Source: a virus
Virus record (IMG/VR): IMGVR_UViG_3300036466_000273
Coordinates: 22,108-86,107 of that record
Reading direction: 5' to 3' (one strand)
DNA length: 64,000 nucleotides
Part shown: positions 27,007 through 36,592 of the stretch, one piece after another
Numbering within the stretch: the stretch's first letter is position 1
Layout: each line of letters opens with the position of its first letter
The notes under the pieces: model-generated
What the model saw: only the letters and a program-made list of their open reading frames with translations
Database searches by the model: none
What the model was told of the DNA's origin: nothing
Position numbers and translations under genes: made by a program

Positions 27007-27046
27007 AAAAAGCCTCTACTACATAATTCGTAGTAGAGGCTTTTTT
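27007..27046. terminator. Bidirectional terminator between early and late units
   Basis: AAAAAGCCTCTACTAC-N7-GTAGTAGAGGCTTTTTT at convergent gene ends. Confidence 0.92.
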
Positions 27047-27047
27047 G

Positions 27048-27215
27048 TTATTCTTTAGTAGAATCAAAATCAAACTCAGGCCACTCAGCCTCTCTTAACA
27101 TGTCTTCAATTTCTGCGATAGTCATATTAGATACATCATTATCACTAATATCTTTAATTCCTTTAATTACTTCTACTAAAACGGGTAGTAATTGTTTAAT
27201 TAATTTAATATCCAT
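27048..27215 (-). CDS. Small hypothetical protein (55 aa)
   Basis: MDIKLIKQLL...FDSTKE; SD AGGAG; overlaps upstream gene. Confidence 0.65.
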   Translation of the reverse strand: MDIKLIKQLLPVLVEVIKGIKDISDNDVSNMTIAEIEDMLREAEWPEFDFDSTKE

Positions 27216-27543
27216 ACGCAATTTCTCCTATCTTAGTCAAAGTATCAAATAGGTTTTTTCGTGCACGTTCTCGCTCATCTTCAAACTCTTTCTGGTTACT
27301 AAGGTATAAAAGTTCAAATTCTAAAGCATTAGTATATAACTTTTGAGATTTCTTATATAAGGAAGCGGCTTTATCACACTGTTTCTGATTAAGTACGCCC
27401 TCAGAACATAAACTATCCGCTGTTCTAGCTGCTAAAACGATTGACTCTTGGGCTGTTTTCAGCTGTCTAGCGCTATCCTTAGCGCTATATGCTGCACAGC
27501 CGGAGAGTAATGCTATCAATAAAAATCCTATAAAAATTCTCAT
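27205..27543 (-). CDS. Lipoprotein
   Basis: Signal peptide with lipobox LSG/C. Confidence 0.8.
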   Translation of the reverse strand: MRIFIGFLLIALLSGCAAYSAKDSARQLKTAQESIVLAARTADSLCSEGVLNQKQCDKAASLYKKSQKLYTNALEFELLYLSNQKEFEDERERARKNLFDTLTKIGEIAYGY

Positions 27544-27941
27544 TAATCCTCCTCAAAATCTGAGCCAACCCCAAACATAGCCCCTATTCTGACTCCTAAG
27601 TATCCTTTAATTTGCTCCCATTTAGTACCTCTAATACCTACGTCCCGCCTAAATAGCTTATCAGCAATCTTACGCTCTTCCTTAGTCTTAGCTATAGCAC
27701 ACCTAAAATCATGGCGACAACTAGCTATAGGATGCTTCCATTTAGGAAACCCAATAATAGGCATATTCCTTAAAGGCCCACTAGAGCTTCCATCCCAGCT
27801 CCAAAATGCCGGAATTTCTCCTTCTCCACAGGGAAGAGGTTTAGTAAGCTGCATAATATCAGCAGTCTCTTTTACATCCCGCATATAAATATGTCCGTCC
27901 CAGTCTTGTTTATTTATCTCATCTGTAAAATAATTAATCAT
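27543..27941 (-). CDS. DUF1353-like protein
   Basis: IPAF.SWDGSS...AS..HDF.C...R..ADK.F...Y.GVR.G. Confidence 0.7.
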   Translation of the reverse strand: MINYFTDEINKQDWDGHIYMRDVKETADIMQLTKPLPCGEGEIPAFWSWDGSSSGPLRNMPIIGFPKWKHPIASCRHDFRCAIAKTKEERKIADKLFRRDVGIRGTKWEQIKGYLGVRIGAMFGVGSDFEED

Positions 27942-27962
27942 GTATTATACTCCTATAAAGGT

Positions 27963-28004
27963 ATCTACAAGACTAATTATAGCGTTATAATTAGTCTTGT
28001 AGAT
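27963..28004. repeat. Perfect 19-bp inverted repeat with 4-nt loop
   Basis: ATCTACAAGACTAATTATA-GCGT-TATAATTAGTCTTGTAGAT. Confidence 0.95.
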
Positions 28005-28006
28005 TG

Positions 28007-28325
28007 TTACTGTTGGGGAAACACCGGCAACATCCCAACAAACTCATCTTCATCCGGCGGATCAATTATCCCTGTTGCTACATCATGCATGATCTGACGT
28101 GCAGATTCCCACACTGATACGTTCCATGCCCACACATCGTTGCAGAACTGGTAGTGAGTGTAAGTGTTATCATCTGCATAGTTTTTGCAGGAGTGAACAT
28201 CGCGGAATGCTGTACCGTTGGCTTTGTTATAGGCGTCCACCTCTGCCTGTATCAGCTCAGTGACCAGCTGCTCGTACTTCCACAATTTGTTGCTGTTGCT
28301 TAGGTCAATCTGTTGCGTGAAGCTG
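28007..28325 (-). pseudogene. 3' fragment of a tail-fibre-assembly-like gene inserted into the holin
   Basis: GC-richer than flanks; Y...C..VWAW...VWE.A..I..DV..G...PP.EDEFVGMLP; no SD-led start. Confidence 0.65.
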
Positions 28326-28658
28326 TAGAGGTTCAATTAAAGGCATAATAGCATCTAGTTGAGAGGGTTCCTGAAAAAAGGCCCCTACACGCCCAATCAT
28401 TGGGAATATTACATAGTTAAGAAAAATCATAAATAAACCACCATACACTACGCTTGGTCTTGCACGCTTAGTAAATTTATCTTTTTGCTTTAGCTCCTCT
28501 ACCATTATTTCTGATTTAGCTTGGTCTCTGATAGCTACTTCTTGTGAGATTGCTGCCGCCATCTTTGCTTTTTGTTCTGGAGAAGCATCGGGCGGGAAAA
28601 ACCTATCTACTAGATTTTCTGCGAAAGATGCTATGCCCCCTAGTCCTGTTAAATCCAT
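28305..28658 (-). CDS. 3TM (GTA-type) holin, C-terminally truncated
   Basis: N-terminal amphipathic helix, D.FTKRARP.VVY motif plus one TM; ends abruptly at PLQLHATD. Confidence 0.7.
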   Translation of the reverse strand: MDLTGLGGIASFAENLVDRFFPPDASPEQKAKMAAAISQEVAIRDQAKSEIMVEELKQKDKFTKRARPSVVYGGLFMIFLNYVIFPMIGRVGAFFQEPSQLDAIMPLIEPLQLHATD

Positions 28659-28783
28659 ATTAACTCCTGACTAAATATATAATAAGCTTAAAGTTTCAAA
28701 CTTATCCTGAGATGCACTGTCTATTTTTGCTACTAAATAGTGCATATGCAGCTCCTAAGTTTCTTACCTTATAAAAGGTAGCC

Positions 28784-29800
28784 TTACATTCTGTTGCCTA
28801 AGAGTTTTATCTCATAGTCGGTAAGAGCAGATGAGTAAAGTGCGAAAGCTCTAAATACTCCATTAAAGAAGTTAGATAATACCCCATCAATATAGCCAGC
28901 TCCTAACTTTAAAGAGCCATTAGCTGAAGACAATTCAGAGTTATATACACCTATATCATTAGCAATCTGTCGTCCATAAGATAGTATTTGATGGTTGGTT
29001 CCTGTATACCGCATAGCAATCATAAAAGGGAACCCTCGGCCTACATTAGCTACCGTGGCGGGGTTTTCCATAATATTAAATGATATACTACCAGAGCCAT
29101 CTTCAATCTGTAGATCTAATAGAGGCGAAGTACTAGTTTCGGAATCTGCATCCATACCTGCGATAGCTCTTATTGAAGAAACATCAAAAACCGAGCCAGA
29201 AAAAAGCATTGTCCATGCTGGGGAGGGTAAGGATATGACTGGGGTGTCTATATAGTCATCAACCCCATCAAATTTTATCCCGCATAGAGTAGGAATAGCA
29301 CCGTAAATAGTGCCGTCATTTACTCCAGTAGAGTCCACTACAGTAGTACCATTTATACCCTGTATAAAATCATACTCTATAACTAAACTATCAAGACTCG
29401 GGGATACAAAACCTCCCAAATTACCAACCCATACATTATTATTTAGGGTATTATCGATACAAACCCACTCTTCTCCTGTAGTGGTATTTAATTCCTTAGC
29501 TCCAATAGAGGGAGGATTATAGTCAATTGTTGGGTCAATACTCTGCTGCACAGGAAATCTGAAGTCATTGCCTTCCGCCACTGTCTCAGCATCCGAACCG
29601 AAAGGTTTGTTGAAGGCAGAAGCTTTCTCAAACGCTGGCTCCGCATTTATAGTAGCAGGGGTTATGTTATGCGGATTGGATGCCTCTTTATGGTCTTGAA
29701 CCTCAGTGTTAATATTTATGAAATTATTATCTACTTCTGTATTTGTTAATGGAGCACCCTTAGCAGTAGTGCCTGTCTCTCTAGTAATTATAGTAGCCAT
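28784..29800 (-). CDS. Tail fibre/receptor-binding protein with LamG/ConA-like domain
   Basis: KGAPLTN.EVDNNF anchor; NPH.IT motif; FDGVDDYI...F.G....Y..ALT..EI. Confidence 0.8.
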   Translation of the reverse strand: MATIITRETGTTAKGAPLTNTEVDNNFININTEVQDHKEASNPHNITPATINAEPAFEKASAFNKPFGSDAETVAEGNDFRFPVQQSIDPTIDYNPPSIGAKELNTTTGEEWVCIDNTLNNNVWVGNLGGFVSPSLDSLVIEYDFIQGINGTTVVDSTGVNDGTIYGAIPTLCGIKFDGVDDYIDTPVISLPSPAWTMLFSGSVFDVSSIRAIAGMDADSETSTSPLLDLQIEDGSGSISFNIMENPATVANVGRGFPFMIAMRYTGTNHQILSYGRQIANDIGVYNSELSSANGSLKLGAGYIDGVLSNFFNGVFRAFALYSSALTDYEIKLLGNRM

Positions 29801-29809
29801 GCTTTCTCC

Positions 29810-30127
29810 TTATGAAATATCCAATACACGTTCTGTATAGTCATTAGTCTCAAAGTACGTATAAGTATCTGTATACCAAGTTAATATAATAAAAACTTCC
29901 GAACCAAACGAACTAATATTGTTTGAAACTGCTTCAATAGTATAATAATTACTAAAGTCTCCAATACTAACATCTGTATCTTCGAAGCTGAAGGGGGCTT
30001 CTACTATAGTGGCAACAGGAGTACCTGGAGCGCTAGTATCAATACTATCACTCGATTTATATATATTGTATTCTGCCCCTCCTAAATTTGTATCCTCAAA
30101 ATTTATAGTTATCTTTGGTGTAGGCAT
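29810..30127 (-). CDS. Fn3-like virion protein
   Basis: YNIYKS...FEDTDV...YY.IEAV. Confidence 0.6.
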   Translation of the reverse strand: MPTPKITINFEDTNLGGAEYNIYKSSDSIDTSAPGTPVATIVEAPFSFEDTDVSIGDFSNYYTIEAVSNNISSFGSEVFIILTWYTDTYTYFETNDYTERVLDIS

Positions 30128-30129
30128 AA

Positions 30130-32553
30130 TTACTCCGTATATGAGATTGTTACGTTGCCGGCTGGATTAATAGGTCTGTAGAACAAAATTGAAGGAGTTT
30201 GCAAATTCTTAACTCCCGACCTATCTGCCTCAATAGTAAATTTAAAATAGCCCGCAGTTGTATAACCAGATACCAGCGCTTCCGTGACCTCATATGAAGT
30301 ACCTGTAGTCGTGCCAGAATCTACGGTTCCCAACAGTGTATCATTAGCATCATAAGCTTGTAAAGTATAGTTATATACTACTCCTGCTTCTAAATCCGTA
30401 GAATCTTCATCCCATGTTAGGGGGCGCTCTATCTCAGTTAATCTATTTCTATGTGACCAAGTTACATTAATAGGCCAACTAAAAAATCCAGCTAGATCAT
30501 CTAACATACCAGCTACTCTGAGATTAGCTGGGCGCAGAGGTTTATAATGCCTAGCAGAGGTTACTAAAGTCTGTTCTGGGGCATCTTCTGGCTCTAAAGT
30601 ATCTGCAATAGCTATAGTACCTATTTTTAGGTACGCAGTACTTCCTACTGAGAAAGCTCTATTATACACACCCAACCCATTTTTCCCAAATAGTATTACT
30701 ACAGTGTCTTTGGGATGATTTTTTGGGACAGTATCAAATAGTCCTCGTTCTACAACGATCGAAGAGCTTAATACTGACTTTAATAGTACTATCTCTGAGC
30801 CTCCTATCAAGGCATATGTGTCAGGTACAATACTATTGGGCTGATTTAACCAAGTTATATCCATATTAGAGGTAGACTTATAGACATCAAAATTTAACTT
30901 ACATCTAAAACTTTGAGAAGCATATACTGAATCAGAATAACTGCCTTGAGGATTTTTGAATACTGGATCTATTGAAATCGTATCCTGTGTAGAGGGGACT
31001 CCTGCACACATTACGTAACTTTGAGTGGGAGTAACACTATCAGAAACTGGTGTGCCTAATCTACTACCTATAATAAACTTAGGCATATCTTCTAGTATAT
31101 GAACGCTACAAGGAGCGGCATCTTGAGAAGGAGGCTGAAATATTGCCTGCCCAGTCTGAGAATACACAGCAGAAGAGTTAGAAAATACATCTTCTATACA
31201 CTCTAATCTCAGTTTGGAGTCGGATAAATCTCCATATTTAATAGAAACGACCCTAAGCACTATTTGATCAATACCATATCTAGGCCATGACATTAATATT
31301 GGGTCTCCAATAGATACCCTCATGCCGTCTAGGTTAGTTTCTAAAGTGGCTGTTGCTAAGTTAGTAGATAAGGACTGTAAATCTCTGCTTAATAATTTTT
31401 CAGCGGTATCCTTATGTGCTACAAGTGGGTATTCTAAGGTTTTAGAGATAGTGCGTCCAGCTTGTGCAACTAGTGCAATGTCAGAACGTGTTAAAGAAGA
31501 CTTTTCTCCAGTGTCACTATCCCAGAATTTAATTGTAAGAGTGTTAGGAGACTCCTCATATGTATTACGCTTAAAAGATTTTACTTCAATTATGTTATCT
31601 TCGTCAAAGACAGGTAGGTTGTCTATATCAAAGTCATCACGTATCAGTTTTAGTCTCAACTTACCGGTATGAATATCAGAAAATAGAAAGGCATCTATAT
31701 GATTAAGTAGATCTTTTATAAACTCTCCTATTTCTGCCTCTTGAGTCCACAGTGCACACATCCCAAAATTTTCAGAAGCTAATACTGAGTTTGCTGAATT
31801 AAAAGAAGCTACGTCTATATCATCTAATGTATACCCCAGCCCCCACTTTTCATTTAATATTATCTCTGCCAATAAGTTGGCTGGATTCATTGCTTGGATA
31901 CCATTGGGGAGGGTTATTACAGGGTTATTAAGGCCAGACCTATAATATATATTTCTGCCCCAAGCATGCCAAGGTCTTATCATATCACTATCCCCTACCC
32001 AAACATGTTCTAGTACTAGGGAAGCGACTCCTCTAAATGCAGGAATTCCGCCAGACCATGTGGTTGGAAGTTTACTAGCTAGGTAAGCATTAGGCATTTG
32101 ATTGGGGTTTCCATCATGGAATCTAAAAGTGCCCCCAATACCCCCGCCGGCATAAAAACCCCCAAAAAATGAGCTTCGCCACACATGTGCTGAAGTATCT
32201 GTGCCTATCCCATCCCCATAAGGGTCTCCCCAAAGAGCTCTACCATCTACCTCAATAGCTAGAAGTCTTTGCATATCATGACAGAGCGCTAAATGCATCC
32301 CTAGATAGTAGTTATAACCAACTGTTTGGTCTTCTTTCTCTTTTTCATAAACTCGTAAGTCCCCATACCACACAACATTAGGAGAGGTTACCTTTTTAGT
32401 ACCAAATAAAACAGGAATTTCTTTTCCAATTTCCGCCGTTGGTATATCTAATTGATCTAGCGATTTAGCAGCCATATGCACGCTAGCAGAAGGGGCTAGT
32501 ATTAGAGTTGCTATGACTGCTATGATTACTACTATAAGTAAGCCTAGACCCAT
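30130..32553 (-). CDS. Tail tip/central fibre protein (putative phage tail family)
   Basis: PTAEIGK.IPVLFGT...PNVVWYGD, PAFRG, NPA..L.EI....WGLG, LKLIR.D. Confidence 0.85.
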   Translation of the reverse strand: MGLGLLIVVIIAVIATLILAPSASVHMAAKSLDQLDIPTAEIGKEIPVLFGTKKVTSPNVVWYGDLRVYEKEKEDQTVGYNYYLGMHLALCHDMQRLLAIEVDGRALWGDPYGDGIGTDTSAHVWRSSFFGGFYAGGGIGGTFRFHDGNPNQMPNAYLASKLPTTWSGGIPAFRGVASLVLEHVWVGDSDMIRPWHAWGRNIYYRSGLNNPVITLPNGIQAMNPANLLAEIILNEKWGLGYTLDDIDVASFNSANSVLASENFGMCALWTQEAEIGEFIKDLLNHIDAFLFSDIHTGKLRLKLIRDDFDIDNLPVFDEDNIIEVKSFKRNTYEESPNTLTIKFWDSDTGEKSSLTRSDIALVAQAGRTISKTLEYPLVAHKDTAEKLLSRDLQSLSTNLATATLETNLDGMRVSIGDPILMSWPRYGIDQIVLRVVSIKYGDLSDSKLRLECIEDVFSNSSAVYSQTGQAIFQPPSQDAAPCSVHILEDMPKFIIGSRLGTPVSDSVTPTQSYVMCAGVPSTQDTISIDPVFKNPQGSYSDSVYASQSFRCKLNFDVYKSTSNMDITWLNQPNSIVPDTYALIGGSEIVLLKSVLSSSIVVERGLFDTVPKNHPKDTVVILFGKNGLGVYNRAFSVGSTAYLKIGTIAIADTLEPEDAPEQTLVTSARHYKPLRPANLRVAGMLDDLAGFFSWPINVTWSHRNRLTEIERPLTWDEDSTDLEAGVVYNYTLQAYDANDTLLGTVDSGTTTGTSYEVTEALVSGYTTAGYFKFTIEADRSGVKNLQTPSILFYRPINPAGNVTISYTE

Positions 32554-32556
32554 AAG

Positions 32557-33372
32557 TTATCTCCTAATTGATGAGAGGAAAGGGTTTTTATTCGGAACCC
32601 AGTTAAATGCTAAATAGTTAAGTATATTATTAAACCTGCCCGAGCATGTTTGAGGTGTTTTATCACACCCCGGATATAAAAATATTGTATCCCCAAAACT
32701 AACATCATACAAGGGTCTTGCTAGGTATAAAGTATTTCCTACATGGTTCGTTATAAACGAAGTTTTGTACTGCAATGGAATTTCTGCAATTCCCCCAGTA
32801 AAATATCCGTCAGTATAAGTATTTTGTACTTCAATATGAGTATTACTTATTACTGAAGCTATGATTTCTTCTTGCTCAAACTCTACTTTACTAACTCCGC
32901 AACCTTGCCCATATACTAGGTGTTGGCAAACAAATTCATATCTAATACCTAAGCCTGACATAGAGATAGATGATAAAATAGGTTCACAATGGATATCCGC
33001 TACAGTATTTTTAGGTTCTACAGATACAATTCTTCCTTTCCACATAACTAAAGCTTCCGAGATATTATTAGTTCTATGTAGCTTCTTTATAGTAAGGGTG
33101 GTGCGCATTTCAGGGGTAAAATGTAGTAATTCATTAACTAATGTGTTAGATATTGGAAGTGTAATAGTTATAGGTACCTTAAGTACATCATCAGTAGTAT
33201 CAATCTTACTTCTGGAAATAGGCTCGGCTTCATAAAAATCATTACTCCCTACGGGGGTAAATCCTTCTCTAGCTGAAGTTATCTTATATCTCCATAGGTC
33301 TGAGCGACTAAACTCATATAGTTCTACCGGTTCTCCACTATGTACACTATACTCATCAGATGCAAAGCTCAT
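32557..33372 (-). CDS. BR0599-family tail protein
   Basis: G.PVELYEF, C.H.VY..GC, YPGCDKT..TC..RFNN..N...F..VP.KNPF. Confidence 0.88.
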   Translation of the reverse strand: MSFASDEYSVHSGEPVELYEFSRSDLWRYKITSAREGFTPVGSNDFYEAEPISRSKIDTTDDVLKVPITITLPISNTLVNELLHFTPEMRTTLTIKKLHRTNNISEALVMWKGRIVSVEPKNTVADIHCEPILSSISMSGLGIRYEFVCQHLVYGQGCGVSKVEFEQEEIIASVISNTHIEVQNTYTDGYFTGGIAEIPLQYKTSFITNHVGNTLYLARPLYDVSFGDTIFLYPGCDKTPQTCSGRFNNILNYLAFNWVPNKNPFLSSIRR

Positions 33373-35240
33373 TATTCAGGTACCTCCATTATCTCTATTG
33401 AAACTTCCGCTACGTTACTATTCTCATATTTAAATTTTATTTTATCAGAGTTTAACCTTACAAAATCCAATACACAAACCATGTAGATGGTTTCTGGATT
33501 TGTATCTTTAGTTAAAGCAGTCTCTAAGAAAAGCTGTTCCTCAGTTTCTGAATTAATATCTATAGAAGTAACAGTATTAAACTGATAAGACCCGTCTTTA
33601 TACCCAATAAGAATATGCGTAAGGCCTCCTTGTAACTTAGATACATCTATTGCTCTTATATTAAGAGAAGTTTCCCCTGAAATGTGATACCCAGTTACAA
33701 TAAAATCCTTATTCCAAGTAGGTAAGAAGAAAGGTTTTTGTTTTCCTCTTAAGCTAAATAACCAAGATTTCCAATCCCAAATATCCTTCTTATTAGTAAG
33801 AAGTTTTTGTAGAACTCTGGTCTTATAAGGGAAATCTTGTGCAGTATCGTAAACAATTCTACCTTGCTCATTATCTACCTTTGTATGGAATATTTTTAAT
33901 TTTTCATTCCAAGAAGAAGTAGTTGCTGTGCTGTCTAATAGGACTTGGTATCCCTTGTATACTGGGAAAGAGATCAGTCTTGGTCTATCATCCAAGTCTA
34001 AGGGAACGAACTCAACCTTAACTTCAGACCAGTCCCGCAAAGTACCACGAGAAGTTTTAATCCCTTCGGGTATATTAGCAGCTCTTACAGGAAATAATAA
34101 AGCATTACTCCAAGATAGAGCAGTAGCAGGGAATATTGATATAGAAGTAGACGTAACCTCAGTAACTTGGTATGCCACCATCTTAGACTCATTTTCATAT
34201 AAAGCTATATTAGAAGATTCTTTTATCCAAGTCCTATCTAAGTCCAGAGATACATTAATCGTCATATCTCCAGAACCAACATTTACAGTATGAAATTCGT
34301 TCCATACCGGGAAAGACCAAGTATTTATGCCCCAATTACGAATTTTATTACTAATATTCATTAATTGGTCTGCATGAACAGTGTGAGTAAACTCGATTAT
34401 CTCCCTAGGCTTATCTCGCAGGGCAACCCGCTGCTCTCCTTTTCGAGTTTTCATTACATCTGTTTTCCACTCAAATTGTTCTGAAAATTTTCTATTAGGT
34501 TGAAATTTCCATAATACTGAGCGACTACCAGAAAACCCTAATATAGAACTGGTGTCGTTATCATATACTAAAGTATATGATCCATTAATAGTACTAGGGC
34601 CATCACTTGTTGCTACAAAAACAGGATTAATTGAGCGTAAGAATGGCAATACTTGAGGTATATTTACCCCATAGAACTGTGTACCTTCAGCTCCGTCAGC
34701 CTGAATCTCAACTACTGATACATCCTCAAAATAGGCGTTCCAAAGCTCTAAATCATAGGTAGCATCATTAATGATAGTGCCAAGAGAGATATTGGAAGGA
34801 ATTAGATGAACTCTATAATAGAAATCATCCATAAAAGAAATAGCTTTTTCAGCATTGACCGTAGGATGGGCATACCCCCTATCCCACAGCTCATCTTTTG
34901 AATAGGTTCCAGTGAGTACTTCCATACTAGGAACATAAATATCTGAGTAGTTATATTCCTTAGTTAGAGGTAAAAGATCACTATTTGAAAAAGTTTCAGG
35001 CGGTTGAACTGGGGAAATAGCTATATAGGCTATCCCATTATTATACCTAGTGTTTACTACAGCGGTAGCAGAACCGTAAGTAATTACCGTTTCTGATGAT
35101 AGCTCTGTCTTATCAATGGTAGGGGTAGGGCTCCCTGAATTGAAGGCAAGTACTGTTTCTGTGGGTTCTTGTGTTATAGGGGTACGCAATACAGAGCCAA
35201 AACTTACCACAACAGGTCTAGCGGTTAAGGCGTCAGCCAT
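33372..35240 (-). CDS. Tail structural protein
   Basis: DDFYYRVH..P...LG...LWNAY, E..EWKTD......EQR.ALR..PR, RG....F..PTW. Confidence 0.8.
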   Translation of the reverse strand: MADALTARPVVVSFGSVLRTPITQEPTETVLAFNSGSPTPTIDKTELSSETVITYGSATAVVNTRYNNGIAYIAISPVQPPETFSNSDLLPLTKEYNYSDIYVPSMEVLTGTYSKDELWDRGYAHPTVNAEKAISFMDDFYYRVHLIPSNISLGTIINDATYDLELWNAYFEDVSVVEIQADGAEGTQFYGVNIPQVLPFLRSINPVFVATSDGPSTINGSYTLVYDNDTSSILGFSGSRSVLWKFQPNRKFSEQFEWKTDVMKTRKGEQRVALRDKPREIIEFTHTVHADQLMNISNKIRNWGINTWSFPVWNEFHTVNVGSGDMTINVSLDLDRTWIKESSNIALYENESKMVAYQVTEVTSTSISIFPATALSWSNALLFPVRAANIPEGIKTSRGTLRDWSEVKVEFVPLDLDDRPRLISFPVYKGYQVLLDSTATTSSWNEKLKIFHTKVDNEQGRIVYDTAQDFPYKTRVLQKLLTNKKDIWDWKSWLFSLRGKQKPFFLPTWNKDFIVTGYHISGETSLNIRAIDVSKLQGGLTHILIGYKDGSYQFNTVTSIDINSETEEQLFLETALTKDTNPETIYMVCVLDFVRLNSDKIKFKYENSNVAEVSIEIMEVPE

Positions 35241-35249
35241 GTTGCCTCC

Positions 35250-35654
35250 TTACGTAACAATTATCGATAAGGCGCCTGGGCTAAAGATAGGAGCCGGGTC
35301 ACCTGCCAATATCTCCTTAGAAACCGCCAGTGTGTCTAATATGAGTAGGTTTCCTAGATCATCATAGATGCCGTATCCTAGTACCGTGCCCCAATCTTCC
35401 ACAGGAGTGGGGAATATAATAGCAATATCATTAGTAGTGGTTCCGTCCCCACTGACAGGGGCACTCCAATAAGTAGCCCCAGGTCCTGCATCTGCTCTAG
35501 CGTAGCTAGGGGCGGAAGGCTCCGCACCCCCTACTCCGTCCTCGCCTGGCATGGTCAAAAATAACGCAACCTTTAAGGCTGTAGGTTGATGAATAGTACC
35601 AGACCTAAATAAAAGTTCTATACATAAATTCTCTAAATAATTTGATGCACTCAT
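35250..35654 (-). CDS. Virion structural protein (tail-fibre adaptor type)
   Basis: SNYLEN, VALF...PGE.G..G.E....YAR, I.FP....WGT....GI.D..GN. Confidence 0.8.
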   Translation of the reverse strand: MSASNYLENLCIELLFRSGTIHQPTALKVALFLTMPGEDGVGGAEPSAPSYARADAGPGATYWSAPVSGDGTTTNDIAIIFPTPVEDWGTVLGYGIYDDLGNLLILDTLAVSKEILAGDPAPIFSPGALSIIVT

Positions 35655-36592
35655 TAGTCCTCCTTAAGGATTGCAACTCCATACGCTCTACTATTATAAA
35701 TTGGAATCATCATCCAATTATCAGAACCGTACGTAACTATATCTCTAGGACTTAGATTATCTATTCTAACTGCCCGTAAATTTGGAACATGACCCCCATA
35801 CTTCCAAGTACCCTCACTAGTCCTGAAGAATATATAGTATGGGAATAACATAGTAGTGCCGTTGAACCTGTTGGGGGTATTACTCAATAATTGATGCATG
35901 ATTGAGTAGCACCGAGTATAGTAGGAACTAGTATCAACGCGCTCCCAACATACCGAACTGGTTGCTGTTCCGCCCCAAGTATTATGTGGATAAGATCTAG
36001 ATACTAGAGACCATCCTTCTGCGTTTGGGGTCTTCATATTCGACTCAAGCATCCGTACCCAGGCCCCATAAAAACCATTAGAGGAAGCGTATAGATTCGC
36101 ATCAAATAAGGCTGAGTTATTATACCGATCTTGGGTATCGTATCTATCACTATCATAATAATCTGTGCAATGCCCAAAAGTAAACTCCCCGCCTATATAG
36201 TTAGCAGGCTTATAAAGTTTACCAAACCCCATAGTAACAAAATCAGTTTCAGTACGCTCCACTACTATATAAATATTATCATTGGTAGAATAGGAGAAGA
36301 AATGGTACCTATTTAAATTTTGATAATGGTGTGTTCTAGAACCGTATGGGCTAGTAGTAGAAAAATCTGAAGATAAAGATCCTATAATACGAAATGCAAA
36401 TGCGTTAGTGTAAGACGTAGTATTACTGGTGTAAGTATCTTCATTGTACATACGTACATAATACCCGTTCTTACCAATACGAAGCTCTTCCGATTCATGG
36501 AGCAAAACAGTCCACCCATTTGCTTCAACAAAGGCTCTTAAACTATTAAAAAACCCGGGAATATCGCTTATATTATCTGTTTGGTATGCCAT
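35654..36592 (-). CDS. Virion structural protein
   Basis: MAYQT...F..ANGWT...G.VP.LR.V.IDN..P.D...G.D.W...P. Confidence 0.75.
   Translation of the reverse strand: MAYQTDNISDIPGFFNSLRAFVEANGWTVLLHESEELRIGKNGYYVRMYNEDTYTSNTTSYTNAFAFRIIGSLSSDFSTTSPYGSRTHHYQNLNRYHFFSYSTNDNIYIVVERTETDFVTMGFGKLYKPANYIGGEFTFGHCTDYYDSDRYDTQDRYNNSALFDANLYASSNGFYGAWVRMLESNMKTPNAEGWSLVSRSYPHNTWGGTATSSVCWERVDTSSYYTRCYSIMHQLLSNTPNRFNGTTMLFPYYIFFRTSEGTWKYGGHVPNLRAVRIDNLSPRDIVTYGSDNWMMIPIYNSRAYGVAILKED

Noticed and set aside
27963-28060. Diversity-generating retroelement (gene 3' end plus hairpin, second copy at 50.9 kb)
   Set aside because: No reverse transcriptase in the window; differences between the copies are not adenine-specific and the match is short
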